Positions 1-13,358 of a stretch of 64,000 nucleotides of DNA are shown here, one piece after another (within the stretch, counting starts at the first letter, position 1; each line of letters begins with the position of its first letter). The notes under the pieces were generated by a model. The model saw only the letters and a program-made list of their open reading frames with translations, ran no database searches and had not been told where the DNA came from. Source of the DNA: Octopus vulgaris (taxonomy: Eukaryota); NCBI GenBank assembly GCA_951406725.2, contig OX597824.1, forward strand, positions 1,550,001 to 1,614,000. Direction: 5' to 3'. The translations under genes and the position numbers were made by a program.

Positions 1-154
1 ATTTCCTTGCCTCTTCTGTAAAAGATATAGCTTATAAGACCAAAATAATTTTCTTCTTCGTCTAATGCTTGTATAATGCATATGCACATCGGCCAATTCT
101 TTCTTTCTTTCTTTCTTTTTTTCCTTCTTTCTTTCTCACACACACTACAGGCAT

Positions 155-382
155 GTACATACATACATACATACATACATACACACACACACATACGTAT
201 ATACATACATACATACACACACACATACATACATACATACATACATACATACGTACATACATACATACGTACATACATACATACATACATACATACGTAC
301 ATACATACATACATACATACATACGTACATACATACATACGTACATACATACATACATACGTACATACATACATACATACAT
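155..382. repeat. (TACA)n microsatellite with CA and TACG variants
   Basis: Directly visible tandem repeat; a (CTTT)n tract precedes it at about 98-135. Confidence 0.97.
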
Positions 383-569
383 AGATGCATGCATGCATAA
401 ACCGCAACCCGGAGCGACAAGTGGCGTATTTGACGTGGGAGTCTATTTATCGAAAATACGATGAATACTATCTCCAACTTTGGAGACAGAACTATCAGCC
501 CTGTCAAATAAATGGTTAATCTTGAGATGAATTAACAGAGGGAGCATTTTATCCACGATCGTGGTGGAG

Positions 570-1003
570 AATACTCGGTCTATTGTACGTTACGAGTTCA
601 ATAAAGGCAGTAACGCAACGGAAAGTGTGAAAAATATTAATGCAGAATGCGGGGATCGGACAATAAGCGTAAACCAGTGTCAAAGGTGGTTCCAGAAATT
701 CCGAGCCTGAACTACAGACTAGAAGACGAGTCTCGTCCTGGAAGATCTGTAGTGCTCGACGAGGACGTCTTGCAAATCCTTGGGGAACAAAATGCCATCG
801 TAACTGTTGTGGAACTAGCAGAGAAGCTTGGATTTGTTCAGTCAACCAGTATTTTTCATCGTGGACAAATGAATTTTGGAAGAGGGGCCTTGCAAGTCTA
901 CCAGATTGATGGAAGAAGAGCATATTAAAAGAACCGTTTTTATCTTAATTTTGAAAAATAAAGATGTATAACAAACCCGCATTATTTATGGGATGACCAT
1001 ATA
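570..1003 (+). mobile_element. Internally deleted mariner transposon remnant
   Basis: Frameshifted translation NTRSIVRYEFNKGSNATESVKNINAECGDRTISVNQCQRWFQKFR / NYRLEDESRPGRSVVLDEDVLQILGEQNAIVTVVELAEKLG matches the Mos1/SETMAR-type HTH domains. It is joined directly to a C-terminal YFSSWTNEFWKRGLASLPD*WKK. A TIR-like end aaacccgcattatttatgggatgaccatata lies at 973-1003. Confidence 0.85.
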
Positions 1004-1020
1004 ATCTATATGTATGTGTG

Positions 1021-1027
<7 letters not shown>

Positions 1028-1080
<53 letters not shown>
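1028..1080. repeat. (GA)n microsatellite
   Basis: Directly visible. Confidence 0.97.
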
Positions 1081-1311
1081 TAGATGCACATATGCATGTA
1101 TTCCATCTGTTGGAAATTTCCCAAAGTATTCTTCGATTGCACAGTTATGGATCAAGAGAATACATGAACAGGTGCTTTTATCAGATTATTTAATTAAATC
1201 TTGAAAATAATTATCTTTCACTCCAATTTCTAATTTAAAACATCTCTTAACGGATCTGAAGCGTCTCATATCCGTCACGAAGACGAAAATGAATAATAAT
1301 ATACATACTTA

Positions 1312-1342
<31 letters not shown>

Positions 1343-1395
1343 TTATTTATATATGCAGATATGTATGTATGAGTGTAAATATATATATGTGTGTG

Positions 1396-1427
<32 letters not shown>

Positions 1428-1967
1428 AATATCTGCATATTCATATATTCGTATCAATCTCAATCTCTGTATATTTGTGCGCTTATACTTGCACCTACAT
1501 GTTTGCTTTTTGGAGTGTTTGCTTGGAACTTGTATATAAACAACATTACCTCAGGCGTTCAATACTTTTGATTACGCCCAACGATGTACTGCTTGATAAT
1601 TCACAGCAGCCATTCCAGATTCTTCTAAATCTCTCAGCATAAGAAATCGACTCTAAACATGAATAGAACGCGAGGTGGAGTATTATGTATGATTGTACAC
1701 AACTATGTGCCAGTTCCTCTTATTATACATTTCGTAGCGATTGATCAATCTAAGGTGTTATGAAATACTTATATATTAAATCGAATATCTACAGAACTAT
1801 TTAATGAATATATAATATATTTTGCCAATACCAAACAGGTATATTCCATCTCAAACACGCAAATAAATGAATAAACACGGGGAAAGAAAATAATATACAG
1901 ATGCCTGATATCATTAATATATGCATCAATCTACATATAGAACTGACATGCAAATCATTTCATAGCA

Positions 1968-1969
1968 TA

Positions 1970-2013
<44 letters not shown>

Positions 2014-2055
2014 TTCATATATATATATATAAATTAATATATATATGTATGTGTG

Positions 2056-2086
<31 letters not shown>

Positions 2087-2235
2087 GTATATATATATGT
2101 ATATATATGTATATATATATATATACATGTATATATATATATGTATATATATATATATGTATATATATGTATATATATATATATGTATATATATATGCAT
2201 ATATGGTGATATACATATATATATACATACACATA

Positions 2236-2303
<68 letters not shown>

Positions 2304-2309
2304 TATATA
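1968..2309. repeat. Interrupted (TA)n microsatellite
   Basis: Directly visible; source of several spurious YIYI ORFs. Confidence 0.97.
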
Positions 2310-3066
2310 ACCCTCCTACCTCACACATACACATTAGGAAATATAATGGCTGCTAAAGCTAGTAGCCTTGTTAGTTGGATACAGTATATCGTGTTAAGAC
2401 GCTGTACGATGTGGGTTCAAATTCAAGCAAAAACAAATATGTCTTTTATGCATGTGGAGTCGTTAAGAAACGGATGAACTCAGCGCATAGAATCAGAGGA
2501 ATTCTAAAAGTGTCTGATATTTCTCTGCTTCGTAATTTCCCCAATATTTTGCCTTCTGACAGCAACACCACCGATACCGTTTGCACAAAGCTGCTTTGGT
2601 TGTCACATGGCGGGGTTTGCCTTGAAGACCGATGGTGTAGTGGAGATGAGAGACTTGCTTGAATGGTCAAAGCTTTCCTTAAGAAAACAAAAACCTTCGT
2701 CAGGAGTTTTGAAGAAGATACGATGTGGTCTGTATCTCTGCATACACATGGTGATATGGAGTCTACACTGACGCACAGAAGCTTTTACACATACACTTTT
2801 ATTGAATTCCTCGATGGATTTATAAGCAAAATGCACCGGTTGGCAGATGCACAATGTGAAAAGGCAAATTTTCATCTCAGGAAGGCCGCTCTGGTGTTTA
2901 AAACAGCAAGGATTACCTAACTGGTCACAATGAACTTTTGCGCGGATTGGAGTTAAAACAGAGTGGTGCAGAAACACTTGTAACTGGTCATTTAAGTCTG
3001 TATTATTTGCATTATGCGCGGGTGTGTATGTGTGAGAGATTGTGTGTGCTCGTGTTTGTGTGTGCG

Positions 3067-3067
<1 letters not shown>

Positions 3068-3132
<65 letters not shown>

Positions 3133-3150
3133 ACTATCTATCTCTCTATC
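3068..3150. repeat. (TATC)n microsatellite
   Basis: Directly visible. Confidence 0.95.
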
Positions 3151-3260
3151 CATCTGCATTGACTTAAGTCTGTCATAAGCTTTACGACTGATAAGGTTCC
3201 TATGGTGTATAATTGACTGCGATCAAAACATTCTCTCCTGAATAGGACACCGGTTCGTCG

Positions 3261-3985
3261 AACTCCTACCACGTTCTAGCGACGGAGCTAGAACATCAAT
3301 CTGGTTTCGGGCTATTTCTGCTTCTCTGCAGTACTGGACACCTCGTCTGCTAGAGATGACAGTAGCTCGCATCTGTTCGGAATATATATAAATTCAAGCG
3401 GCACACAGTCGCTGACTTTACAACGAGCTAAAAAGCTAGTTCTAGAATCTCTCTGAGAGATGGTTGCAGTAGTTGTACGAGCAAGTAATGTTTGTAGCCA
3501 CTTCAATACGGCTGTTCAGTTCGAGCAGAATTAACCAGCTTGAGGAGATGTCCATTTGGGGTTAAAATTCGTAGTAAATTCCGCTCGAACGGAATAGCAA
3601 TGTTGAAGTGGCCATGCGCATTACCTGCAAGTACAACTACTGCAATCATTTCTTAGAGAGATTTTAGAATTAGCTTTTTAGTTTGTTACAAAATCAGCGA
3701 CTGTGAGCCGCTTGAATTTATATATATTGCGAGCAGAGGCGGGCTATTACCATCTTTAGCAGATGAGGAGTCCAGTACTGAAGGGAGGCAAAAGTAACCA
3801 AAACCAGACTGGTATGCTGATCCCGTCGCCAAAAGGTGGTAGGGGTTAGTTCTCCTGTTCGCAGTATATTGGATGCAGCTGCGCATCGTTAACCAGTTGA
3901 GGAGATGTCCTCTTGAAGTTAAAAAATCCCAATACACTCCGTTCGAACGGAACAGCCATGTTGAACTGGCTATGAACATTACTTG

Positions 3986-3987
<2 letters not shown>
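3261..3987. repeat. About 270-bp inverted repeat (3261-3532 / 3577-3847) plus a partial direct duplication (3531-3629 / 3889-3987)
   Basis: The reverse complement of the left arm aligns to the right arm along its length, e.g. aatatatataaattcaagcggcacacagtcgctga vs tcagcgactgtgagccgcttgaatttatatatatt. The motif ttaaccag(c)ttgaggagatgtcc recurs at 3531 and 3889. Confidence 0.9.
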
Positions 3988-4029
<42 letters not shown>

Positions 4030-5533
4030 AGCTATATAAAGATGGAAGGGATGCAAAATTTCCATTCTTCACAGAGATTCCACCAGAATACACGCAATAA
4101 TGTGGAAGTTGATAAATGGATTTTAAGGACAGATAGTGCTGTTTAACTAGGCTACGCAACAGGTGTTGCCCATGCTACTGCAATGCCCGTTGAAATCTGC
4201 TGTGATAGTCACGTTGTTGAAGCCGCGTCAAGTTAGTCCCACTAAATGTGACATGAATAAATAGTTAATTTTCTGATGAAGAACCGTATACCTGGTCATC
4301 GATTGATAGAAATCTTTTTTTCAGGAAATAAAGAATTGTTATATTGAACGACTTGCACCTCGCCTAAATAAATATCTATTATATCTATTTCTAGATATAT
4401 TTCTTCGCTAATTCCCTTCCAGACACATGAATATCCAAGTACACTCATCTATAGTTGATAGTTTTGATATAAATCTGAAACTGGCATGTGTATAGTGCTG
4501 TTACGTTTACATTCTATATGATTTGCACCTGATAGGAATTAACCCGTAGCTGCACACACCTGTCAGTATTTGTAAGGATGGGCCATACCCACCACAGGCA
4601 TTAAGTAAAAAGATTAATTAGTGAAAGAGTTTTTCGGAAATGGTTATAGGATAGCAACAAAAATCTCTTGTGTTACGAATACATTTTTATGCATTTCTCA
4701 CAATAATATTGTCATTTCTAGTGTATATTACTATATAATGCTATATATGTAAGATTTTTTTCTTTCCGACACTGATGCCTTTTCACGGTTTTTGCGAGTG
4801 AAAAGTTCTATAAAATTCACCTTTGATGGTAAAGCTATTTGCGACTGTCATTATCATGAAGTTATATACGTCATTGGCGCTGTTTCTGGTTGTCTCAACA
4901 TTTAGTAACATATGTCTTTGAGTAACGGAAATCATTAGGTCAAATATTGGCAAACGAACTTTACAATACATGTTAGAGCCGAAAGTTCAGTAGCATTATG
5001 ATGTTAAAGTCGAAGCGTTGTGCGAAATATTTTCTATTGTAAAGAAACATTTAAATGAGTTGAACAGCAGAAAGTCTTCAGAGACAAACCACCTCATCTC
5101 AGGAAAGTGTTTCGGCCCTTAATTTCTTAAGGTTTAAGTTGTTTTATACTTTAAGTTCTACCCCGTTTCACACTTACGTCCAAATTTGATACAATAAAAA
5201 CCTGTGATATTCATCGAAGGCGGTGCTCTGCAATACTAATTGTACTATAACTAAGATCAGTAAAGTAAAAGAAAAAAATGAAAAAATATAAATCTTTCAA
5301 ATATATTTTATCCTTTTATTTCAAATTAAAACGAAGTATTAATCCCAGATATTTTATATCGTAGTAAAGCTTGAAGGTTGTACAAGATGAGCGGATAATG
5401 CATGAATGTACAGGATAGGTATTTAAGGTTCGGGAAACGAAAGCGAAATTTCTCGTTGTTTATCGCCCAGACAAAAGAACGACCAATGGCTAAGTGTGCA
5501 AGCTGGAAATTTGATTTTATTAAATACGAGGCA

Positions 5534-5753
5534 TATGAGGCGGTGCCGAAAAGTTCTTGGCTTTGGGTAAAAGAAAATACAGGGGATCAGTTAATTATGA
5601 TTTTATTCAACATATTCCCTTCTCAGATTCACACAATTATTGCAGCTGTCCTTCAGTTTCCTGAGCTCTATAAAATCAACTCGGAATGTTGGGCCTCCAA
5701 TAAGGCCTTTCGCAATACCCTAAAAGTCAGAATGTTTTCAGGACCTCCTCGTA
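5534..5753. mobile_element. Mariner-type MITE, copy 1
   Basis: Imperfect TIRs tatgaggcggtgccgaaaagttcttggc and gtcagaatgttttcaggacctcctcgta with TA ends; a homologous copy lies at 46469-46684. Confidence 0.8.
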
Positions 5754-7744
5754 TGTCTACAGATCCTGAAGCTCTAAAATGCCCCTTGGTATGTGAAGGT
5801 AAAAGGTCATGTGGCGTTTTTCTGGATTTAAATGCTCAAATTCCGCCGAGGTTATTTAACTTCGCCTCCTCTCCTCGGAGCACAAAATATAACGTAGCAG
5901 TCAAGTACTGAGGTTTATGACACCGACTAACCCCTTCCCTCAAAATTGTTAAACGTGCATCTACATCTGGAAAATTTCTGCTCAAATATGACATTAACGA
6001 ATGTAGTTTTCTCGTAATTGGTTGCGACACATTTTTATCGTTTAAGAAGCAATTGAAAATAGACTCATCATTAAATTCTCTCAATTGGCAATCCATATAT
6101 ATTTCAATATACCAACCTTAAATCAGTGTTCTGCTTCAATGAAGGAAATATACATGGTCACCGGACGCTCAGCGAAACTGTAACGAAAGAAAGAGCAAAT
6201 GTAGTGAAAATTTAAAATATAATATTCCACCATTTTCATCTTCGTCATCACTACAGATACATAAAACCTCGTACAGACGAATTCATTTAATATGTATAAG
6301 CGTAGAATATACGATAGGATAGAGATTACATATATTTTGGTTTCATGTTAAGAAATGAAGGAAAAGATCCTAGTTTCTTAAGTTTCTAAGCCAATCACAA
6401 GGAAAAAGGCGCTCGCCTCCAATATAATCAGAACAGCTAAATATATTATAAGATACATATTTATATATACTAAATAAATTTGTTTCTTTTGAGAAAGTAG
6501 AACTTGAACCATACAGAGCAATAGGGGTAGCGTGTAGAATATTGGGTTAGAAAAACCTTTGTCTGGGAAAAGTCAAGGATGCTCGTAGGATTCGAACGCA
6601 CATCTGTAAACATGACAGGCATTCTATCATTACATTTCTTCACCGATTTGAGAAGCTTTGTTCTTATCACAAGAGCTGCATCCCGTTTATATCTTCCGAA
6701 TTTAGAAACTTCAAGAGACATGAAATGATTTCGTTTTCTAGTTACAGTGGAGCTCTAAACATGTATTTATTTACCCAGTCGCATGTATATTAGCTTTAAT
6801 GATATCTTCTGCGCTTCTGTTCCACGATGAAAATGCTTCCCGTAGTCATGGAGAAAGTTTAACCATAAACATTACTCAACTGTACTTTATAGAAATATAT
6901 TGAAATGCTTATTCTGAATTGTTCTAACGTTCGAAATGTTGCATTAATAACAGACAGCACACTTTTAAAGACTATTTCAGCCGAATGCGTAATTCAGTGG
7001 TTTTAATGCCTTTAACTACAGGTTTCGCTAATTTGCCATCACTGGTTATACGTGTATCATCACAAACGTAAAGTAAAAAGTAATCTATTGATATATATAA
7101 AAGAAATATCCTACTATAATAATTTCCCCTCTAATAGATAATTATTTGCACAACCAGAACTTCAAGACACATTTCTGATATTCTCATTATTTATTATGTA
7201 AACTATTATCTCCGTATCAATTCCTAAATATAGACGCCAAATATGACAAATTGGCTTATACGAGATATTCAGGTGAACAGAACTGCTTCTGTTATATACT
7301 CTTCGATGCCTTTAAACTCTGCTTATATAACAAATGGGAGATTGATCTTTTAGAGATAGAGTCTCACAGCAAATAATACTGAGAAAGTACTTTGTTAATA
7401 TATAATAGTTTCATAATTCATCATCTTGTTCTAAACTTTCGCTACAAAGATATTGGTAATATCAGTTATCAATATGCTTAGCAGAATTATGTCACATCTC
7501 AGTTCGTCCCTGTACTATGGAGAGACGCTCTTTATATTTTGATATATGGAATATCTACCTTATTATTAAGCCAAAAAGCAAATCATCGATAAATATTAAT
7601 GTGAAAATATTGCCAGATCTCGTTATTGAAATTTCATCGAAAATGGCTTTATGGTTGGGATTTGAATTTGAAAATAAAGTCCCGTATTCCACGGGTACTG
7701 CAAAAAACTGTTGAAAATTGTAATAAATTAACGATAGTGTCAAT

Positions 7745-7880
7745 TTCAATTCAAATCGAAGTCAACTTTGCATAATTGGGTTGATAAAATAAAGAATCAG
7801 TCAAGTACTGGATTGATTTAACTAACTCCAGACTTGTTAGCACACCGGACGAATAGCGGTATTTTCTGGCCCCCGCTTCC
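7745..7880 (+). mobile_element. Decayed SINE fragments (family B, as at 54640)
   Basis: ttcaaatcgaagtcaactttgc...gggttgataaaataaag...tcaagtactgg and gttagcacaccggacgaatagcggtatttt resemble the family B copy at 54640. Confidence 0.55.
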
Positions 7881-8589
7881 CTTAAAATCACTGATTTTGT
7901 GCCAACATTTGAAACATTTGTTTTGCCATTCTTGGATTCTTCAATTTTCTCTTCTGAGATATTTTCTTCGTGCAAAAAAACCCCAAAAACCCCACAAAAT
8001 CAAGAACAGCCACTCAACGGAATAAACAAACCAAAATGTTGCGTCTTCGACAAGTAGTTTTTATGACAACAGTTTATGATGTGAAACAGGAAGGTCCATA
8101 AACGATAGGAATGACACTGGTATATTACTGGTACAAATTTATATAACTCTTAACGAGGAATGATATTGTCTAAGTAAGGGCAAGTAATAATTGCCCAATG
8201 TAAGTTTTTGTGTAACGTAACCTTTCTGCCATCCTGATTCTGATAAATATTTCCAAGGCCTCCGCCAGAGAAGGTTTCTCATGCATCTACAACTAAGAGT
8301 CCCCGCACCATCTGGCTGCAGTCCCGGGTAAAGTTGTTTTGTGGTGTGTGAAGGCCTGAATGTGTCCATGCAACCAAATATCCTCTCTCCCTGTCATTCA
8401 TATTGTCTGAAGAAAGAGCAAAAGCTGACGGGGCTTGCATCAGTCTCTTCACAGGCGAACTGACATCGCAATGAGACGAAACAAATACCACACCACATTC
8501 TCCACAACTCTCTATTGGTTCTGTCTATGTACCGTTCTGGCCTCTAATTTTTCCTTTCAGTCCCAGAACGATGCAAAATATATTTAATC

Positions 8590-8770
8590 ACAATATTTGA
8601 ACCCAGAACGTAAAGAGACGGAACAAATATCACATTTTCCTCAACATTTTAATGATACATTGAAGGATAAAAGATATAGCTGAACTCGGCTGGATTTGAA
8701 CTCGGAACATACAGAACCGAAACAAATACATCAGAGCATTTTGTTTATTGCTAATCAACTATCTCCACAT
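8590..8770 (-). mobile_element. Decayed SINE fragments (family B)
   Basis: atttgaacccagaacgtaaagagacgga and ctcggctggatttgaactcggaacata are reverse complements of the B-box region. Confidence 0.55.
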
Positions 8771-9109
8771 GTTTCTGTCAATCTGCTACCTTTAATGAGA
8801 AAAAATCACTACAACATACTTTATGGAAGAATGTTCCGAATACACCTGTTACCATTAATCAACCTGCTTTTGCATTGGAATGATATTGTTACTGAAACAT
8901 AGATTACATCCCGAGTATTATACACGGCAAGACGGAAAGACGCAACGTTAACAATGTTCCGTACTTTGGGAGGGAAAGGAGATTACAATAGTTTAGGAGG
9001 AAGGAGAGAAATCGATTGAGAATCTGCATTACATGAAGGTGCAGTTGTTACGAAGATATTAATGTTATCTGACTTATTGCTGACTTGTCTATTTTAATCC
9101 GTGTAGTGT

Positions 9110-9310
9110 CAGTACACGCACATACAAACACACATACACACACCTACACACGCACACAAACACACACACTCATTTACGCACGCAAACTCACGCATTCGCG
9201 CCCGCTCGCCCGCAAAAGTACATATATACAAAGGAATATATTTTATTACATGCTTACATATAACTAATTGGTATACACAAACACACACACTCACACGTAC
9301 TCACATACGC

Positions 9311-9378
<68 letters not shown>

Positions 9379-9620
9379 GCAACGCAGTTCTTTTCTGTGC
9401 ATTTGCTGCGAATACATAAGCATTCCAGTGAAATTGCTAACTAAATTTGGCAAAAGGTGGAAGACGTGTACATGCGTGTGAATATGAGAATGAAGAAGAA
9501 TGGGAAGAAAATTGGGTACGTGAGAGAGGGAGAGGGAGAGAGAGAGAGAGAGAAAGAGGGAGAAAAGGGAAAGAGAGTGAATGAGAGTGAATGAGAGAGA
9601 GAGATGAAGAGAAAAGATTA
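9110..9620. repeat. Compound CA/TA/TG/GA low-complexity block
   Basis: Directly visible. Confidence 0.9.
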
Positions 9621-9788
9621 GCGAGAATGAAGGAAGATGTTGCAGAGATAAAAGACACAGTACTATTATTCCTGATGTTTTATGCATATTATTGATTTCT
9701 GGTAAAAGCAGTGGGGGTCACGTTAAAAGTAGAGCACTGGTCTAAACACATTACTGTTCTTAGTTACATCCCTTGATGTACTTAGTCC

Positions 9789-9837
<49 letters not shown>

Positions 9838-11101
9838 GTACACTGTAGGCAATTGAAAACCTTCGATGAGAACCTGATACTTTTCTTCCTGCAATGATAA
9901 TCCTATTTCTCTGTCAATGATATTGGGTTGTTAAATGACAAAGGTAAAATATACCGGATTTGTGAAAAAGATGAAACGAAATTCAACCAAGTTAATAACA
10001 TAACACCAAAAGATATTGAGTGTTTTCGCTGCTGTTTAGCTTATGGTCAGCATTGATTTTTGCAAACTTCCAATAAAAGGCATTGCTTCCAGTATTTTTG
10101 CAGATAGCTAAAACTATATTGTCCACTGAAACCATCTTCTTCTAAGAAGGTATAATGAGATTTGAACGAAATTGAACAGTATTACTAGTAGAATAAGAAA
10201 CGTGGAAGAGGCAGAGTTCCACAAAGATTCTGTGAGAATCAACTCAGAAATTCCTTCGCTTTAGAACTTAAATGAAAGGGAAAGTTTCCGACGAGAATTT
10301 GAGTAAAATGACATAAAGTATTTCACCAGTCAGTCCATCGGCTCTTTACTATCAGTCCATTGGTCAAGCATTTTACCTATCAGTCCATCTACAACGCACA
10401 TGTACGAGGACATAAATCTTACAATCTTTAATTGATCACATTGTCTCGGCTTCGAGCGCTGGGGGTGCGCTTAATTAAATCGCACTCAAATTTCCTGTAA
10501 ATATATATGTTTGAAATTGGGGAGATTAGAGGGAAGCAAATTCAAATCTGTACAGATTTTAATGTAGAATATATCGGAACGAATATAAACATCAGAACCA
10601 ATGATGTTCGATGTACAACTATTTCCGCTATTTTACTTTTCAAAAACAAATAAATAAATGAAAAGTTAATGATGATGGAATTCACAAATATGTGTGAAAA
10701 CTTTTGCTGTATGAAGCAAACAATATTGTAGTGAATGATGACCTTTGGTTAAATGGATCTTCATCTTACGACACACTTTTGAGTTACAAAATCTGTCGTG
10801 GCCTCTGTTTGTATCATCATTCTTTCATCTTAAATAATGATAATATTTATTGTAGTTTTCATGGAGAATGCATGCAACATATTTGTAGGATACGAAATAA
10901 TTTATTGACAGCTGCATTTAACTAGACCGTTTTATTCGTTGTGTGAGAAGTGATAACGAGCACACTTGTGTTATATACCCGACACTTAAATATATGCGTC
11001 TAAAAACGGCAGATGTTTTGGCCAGTGATCTACTGCTGTTTCGATGAAATTGAAAATGTCAGCCGATTTGTGTGAATGACACAAGTATTTTCGTAGGCAG
11101 T

Positions 11102-11165
<64 letters not shown>

Positions 11166-11270
11166 TAATATTAGGGAGTATGGGTCCAATCTTACAGGGA
11201 AAAGTTAGATTTAAGATTAAATCAAATTTCACAGTATAAATATATAAGATATGAATTAGAATTAGAATCC

Positions 11271-11343
<73 letters not shown>

Positions 11344-12839
11344 CGTAAACAAATAAATAGAAAATACTTGGGGATTTTTATTTTAAACCGAATGTAAACG
11401 TTTCCAAGTAACACACCTTATATCAAACACCGAGCAGCGTATAGACTCAGTAAGACTAACACAATTCTATAAGACATGCGGTGGCTAATAATTAACACAT
11501 TTCATTATATTCGAAGCCCTACTGATTATACGATACTATGACATTTCTAGACTAATTAGATATTGATGTTCAACCTTCTCAAATATTGATGCAAAAGCCA
11601 TAAAATAAATTGCCAAGATATATAAAAGATGATTTAAGTAACGGATAACGAATTCCCTAAGATGTTGGTTTGTTGCAGTCGAAAGAAATAGATTAAAAAA
11701 AAAACTGCTGGAGAATACTTGCTTCTGGATTAGAAACATGGAATTAATATTTCATAGAACAGAATTTGTCACGTAAATTTTGTTCAGAATTCAAGAAAGG
11801 GTTATTGAGTTGCTCCTGACCTTACAATCGTAAGTTCTATTTAATGCCGGTATTCACTATTCGCTAGTTTTATAATAACTAATATCATCGAATGTGCTCG
11901 CATATGTGTGTGTTGTAGAGTATGTCTGTTTGTATGTGACAATGTTTAAGCGTATGCATAATGTTTCTTGTGGAGAAGAGAAATCTTGTTGTTACTGACA
12001 GAAAGGAAGTTTGTCAAGAGGAAAAATGATTATGTCTTTTCTCTGCATGAAATGCACATCTAGACACATTTTTTGGCTTTTTAAGAAGCAATTAGACTTG
12101 TTTCTCATATCTGTCAGTTCCTAATTGTTGCTTCCCGCCGTGGAAATGGTGGAAAATTGATATCAATCCAGACTACAAGGGAAACGAGATAGAGTGAAAG
12201 GGCTTCAGATCTGTCTGTCTGCCTGTCTGTCTATCTATCTATCTATCTATATGTTAAATGAAAGGCGGAAGATGGAATATACGAGAACTTTTATTATTAA
12301 TCACGACAATTGTTGCGACCCGTCTAGTATCTTGGTCAGGTCCTGTGCATGTGAACACATCTAGATATCGAGATGTAATTATTTTGATTTACATTACTGT
12401 ACATAATACTGAGAACACCAACTTAAAAGGAAGTGGGTGGGGGTTTCTAAAAATTAAATTTTCGATAATTTTTCATGTATTTCTTGACGAACACTTCTTT
12501 TTGTTGACATCTATTTTTTAGTGTGGTTTATTGTATTTTGTATCATTTTCAATGCTTAAATTTTAGTAGCCTTATAATCCGAGCTGTAAGTAATTTTAGT
12601 TAAGAAATATGGCTCAGTAATACTAGACATATTGGCAACGTACAGTTGACAAGAGCTTTGCTAGCATTCAAATCTGAGTTCGTTTTGGGCTAGAAGAATT
12701 AAAGTGTCAGTATTTCCACAGAATTTTTTTATAACCATCTCCATATTGGTATTGTGCTTATTCAGTATGATGGCGACCCAATGAAATTGAATGATGAAAT
12801 ATGTTCTGCGTTGTGTTCTGCATTTCACGCTGCTCTGCG

Positions 12840-12930
12840 ACTGGGAGAGGGAAAGAAGCGTTGGCGCGGCGGCAAAATTTCCTTACGATGTGTCTTCCGG
12901 CTATCTACATTCTGAGTTCAAATCCCACCT
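12840..12930 (+). mobile_element. SINE family B 5' head fragment
   Basis: agaagcgttggcgcggcggcaaaat...tacattctgagttcaaatcccacc contains a B-box-like GTTCAAATCC. Confidence 0.55.
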
Positions 12931-13167
12931 ACCGAGAAAAGGCAACAGCAAACCATTCCAGTATCTATCCCAAGTCTAATCATGGGGGCCGAAGTTTAGG
13001 TAATTTACTTAACGGGGGCTGGAGTAGGTGCAGGCATTCCCAGGGCTAAAATTGAGTGAGGGATAAGGTTCACATGCACAGGACCTTCCCAAGAACAGAC
13101 CATCACTAGACACACATGTATCTGTAAATACAGATGTTCATCATATTATATAAAATACATGCATACA

Positions 13168-13222
<55 letters not shown>

Positions 13223-13358
13223 GGACTTGGAGTATATGTCTATTAGTTTCCCGATTAAAGCACATTCATCGTTTGCGCTTCCTGATGTCATCCACAGTTA
13301 CGATGTCATTTTCGCTGGATCTACGCCAGCAATTCTGCAGACTTCTTTTGGTCTGTAG

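Noticed and set aside
62-507. Overlapping 100-130 aa ORFs (YVCM / HTYI repeats)
   Set aside because: Translations of the (TACA)n microsatellite.
5402-5911. 169-aa ORF
   Set aside because: It runs through a non-coding MITE and a SINE-like fragment; no recognisable domain.
10323-10390. Three tcagtccat units about 22-27 bp apart
   Set aside because: A short degenerate minisatellite with no further support.
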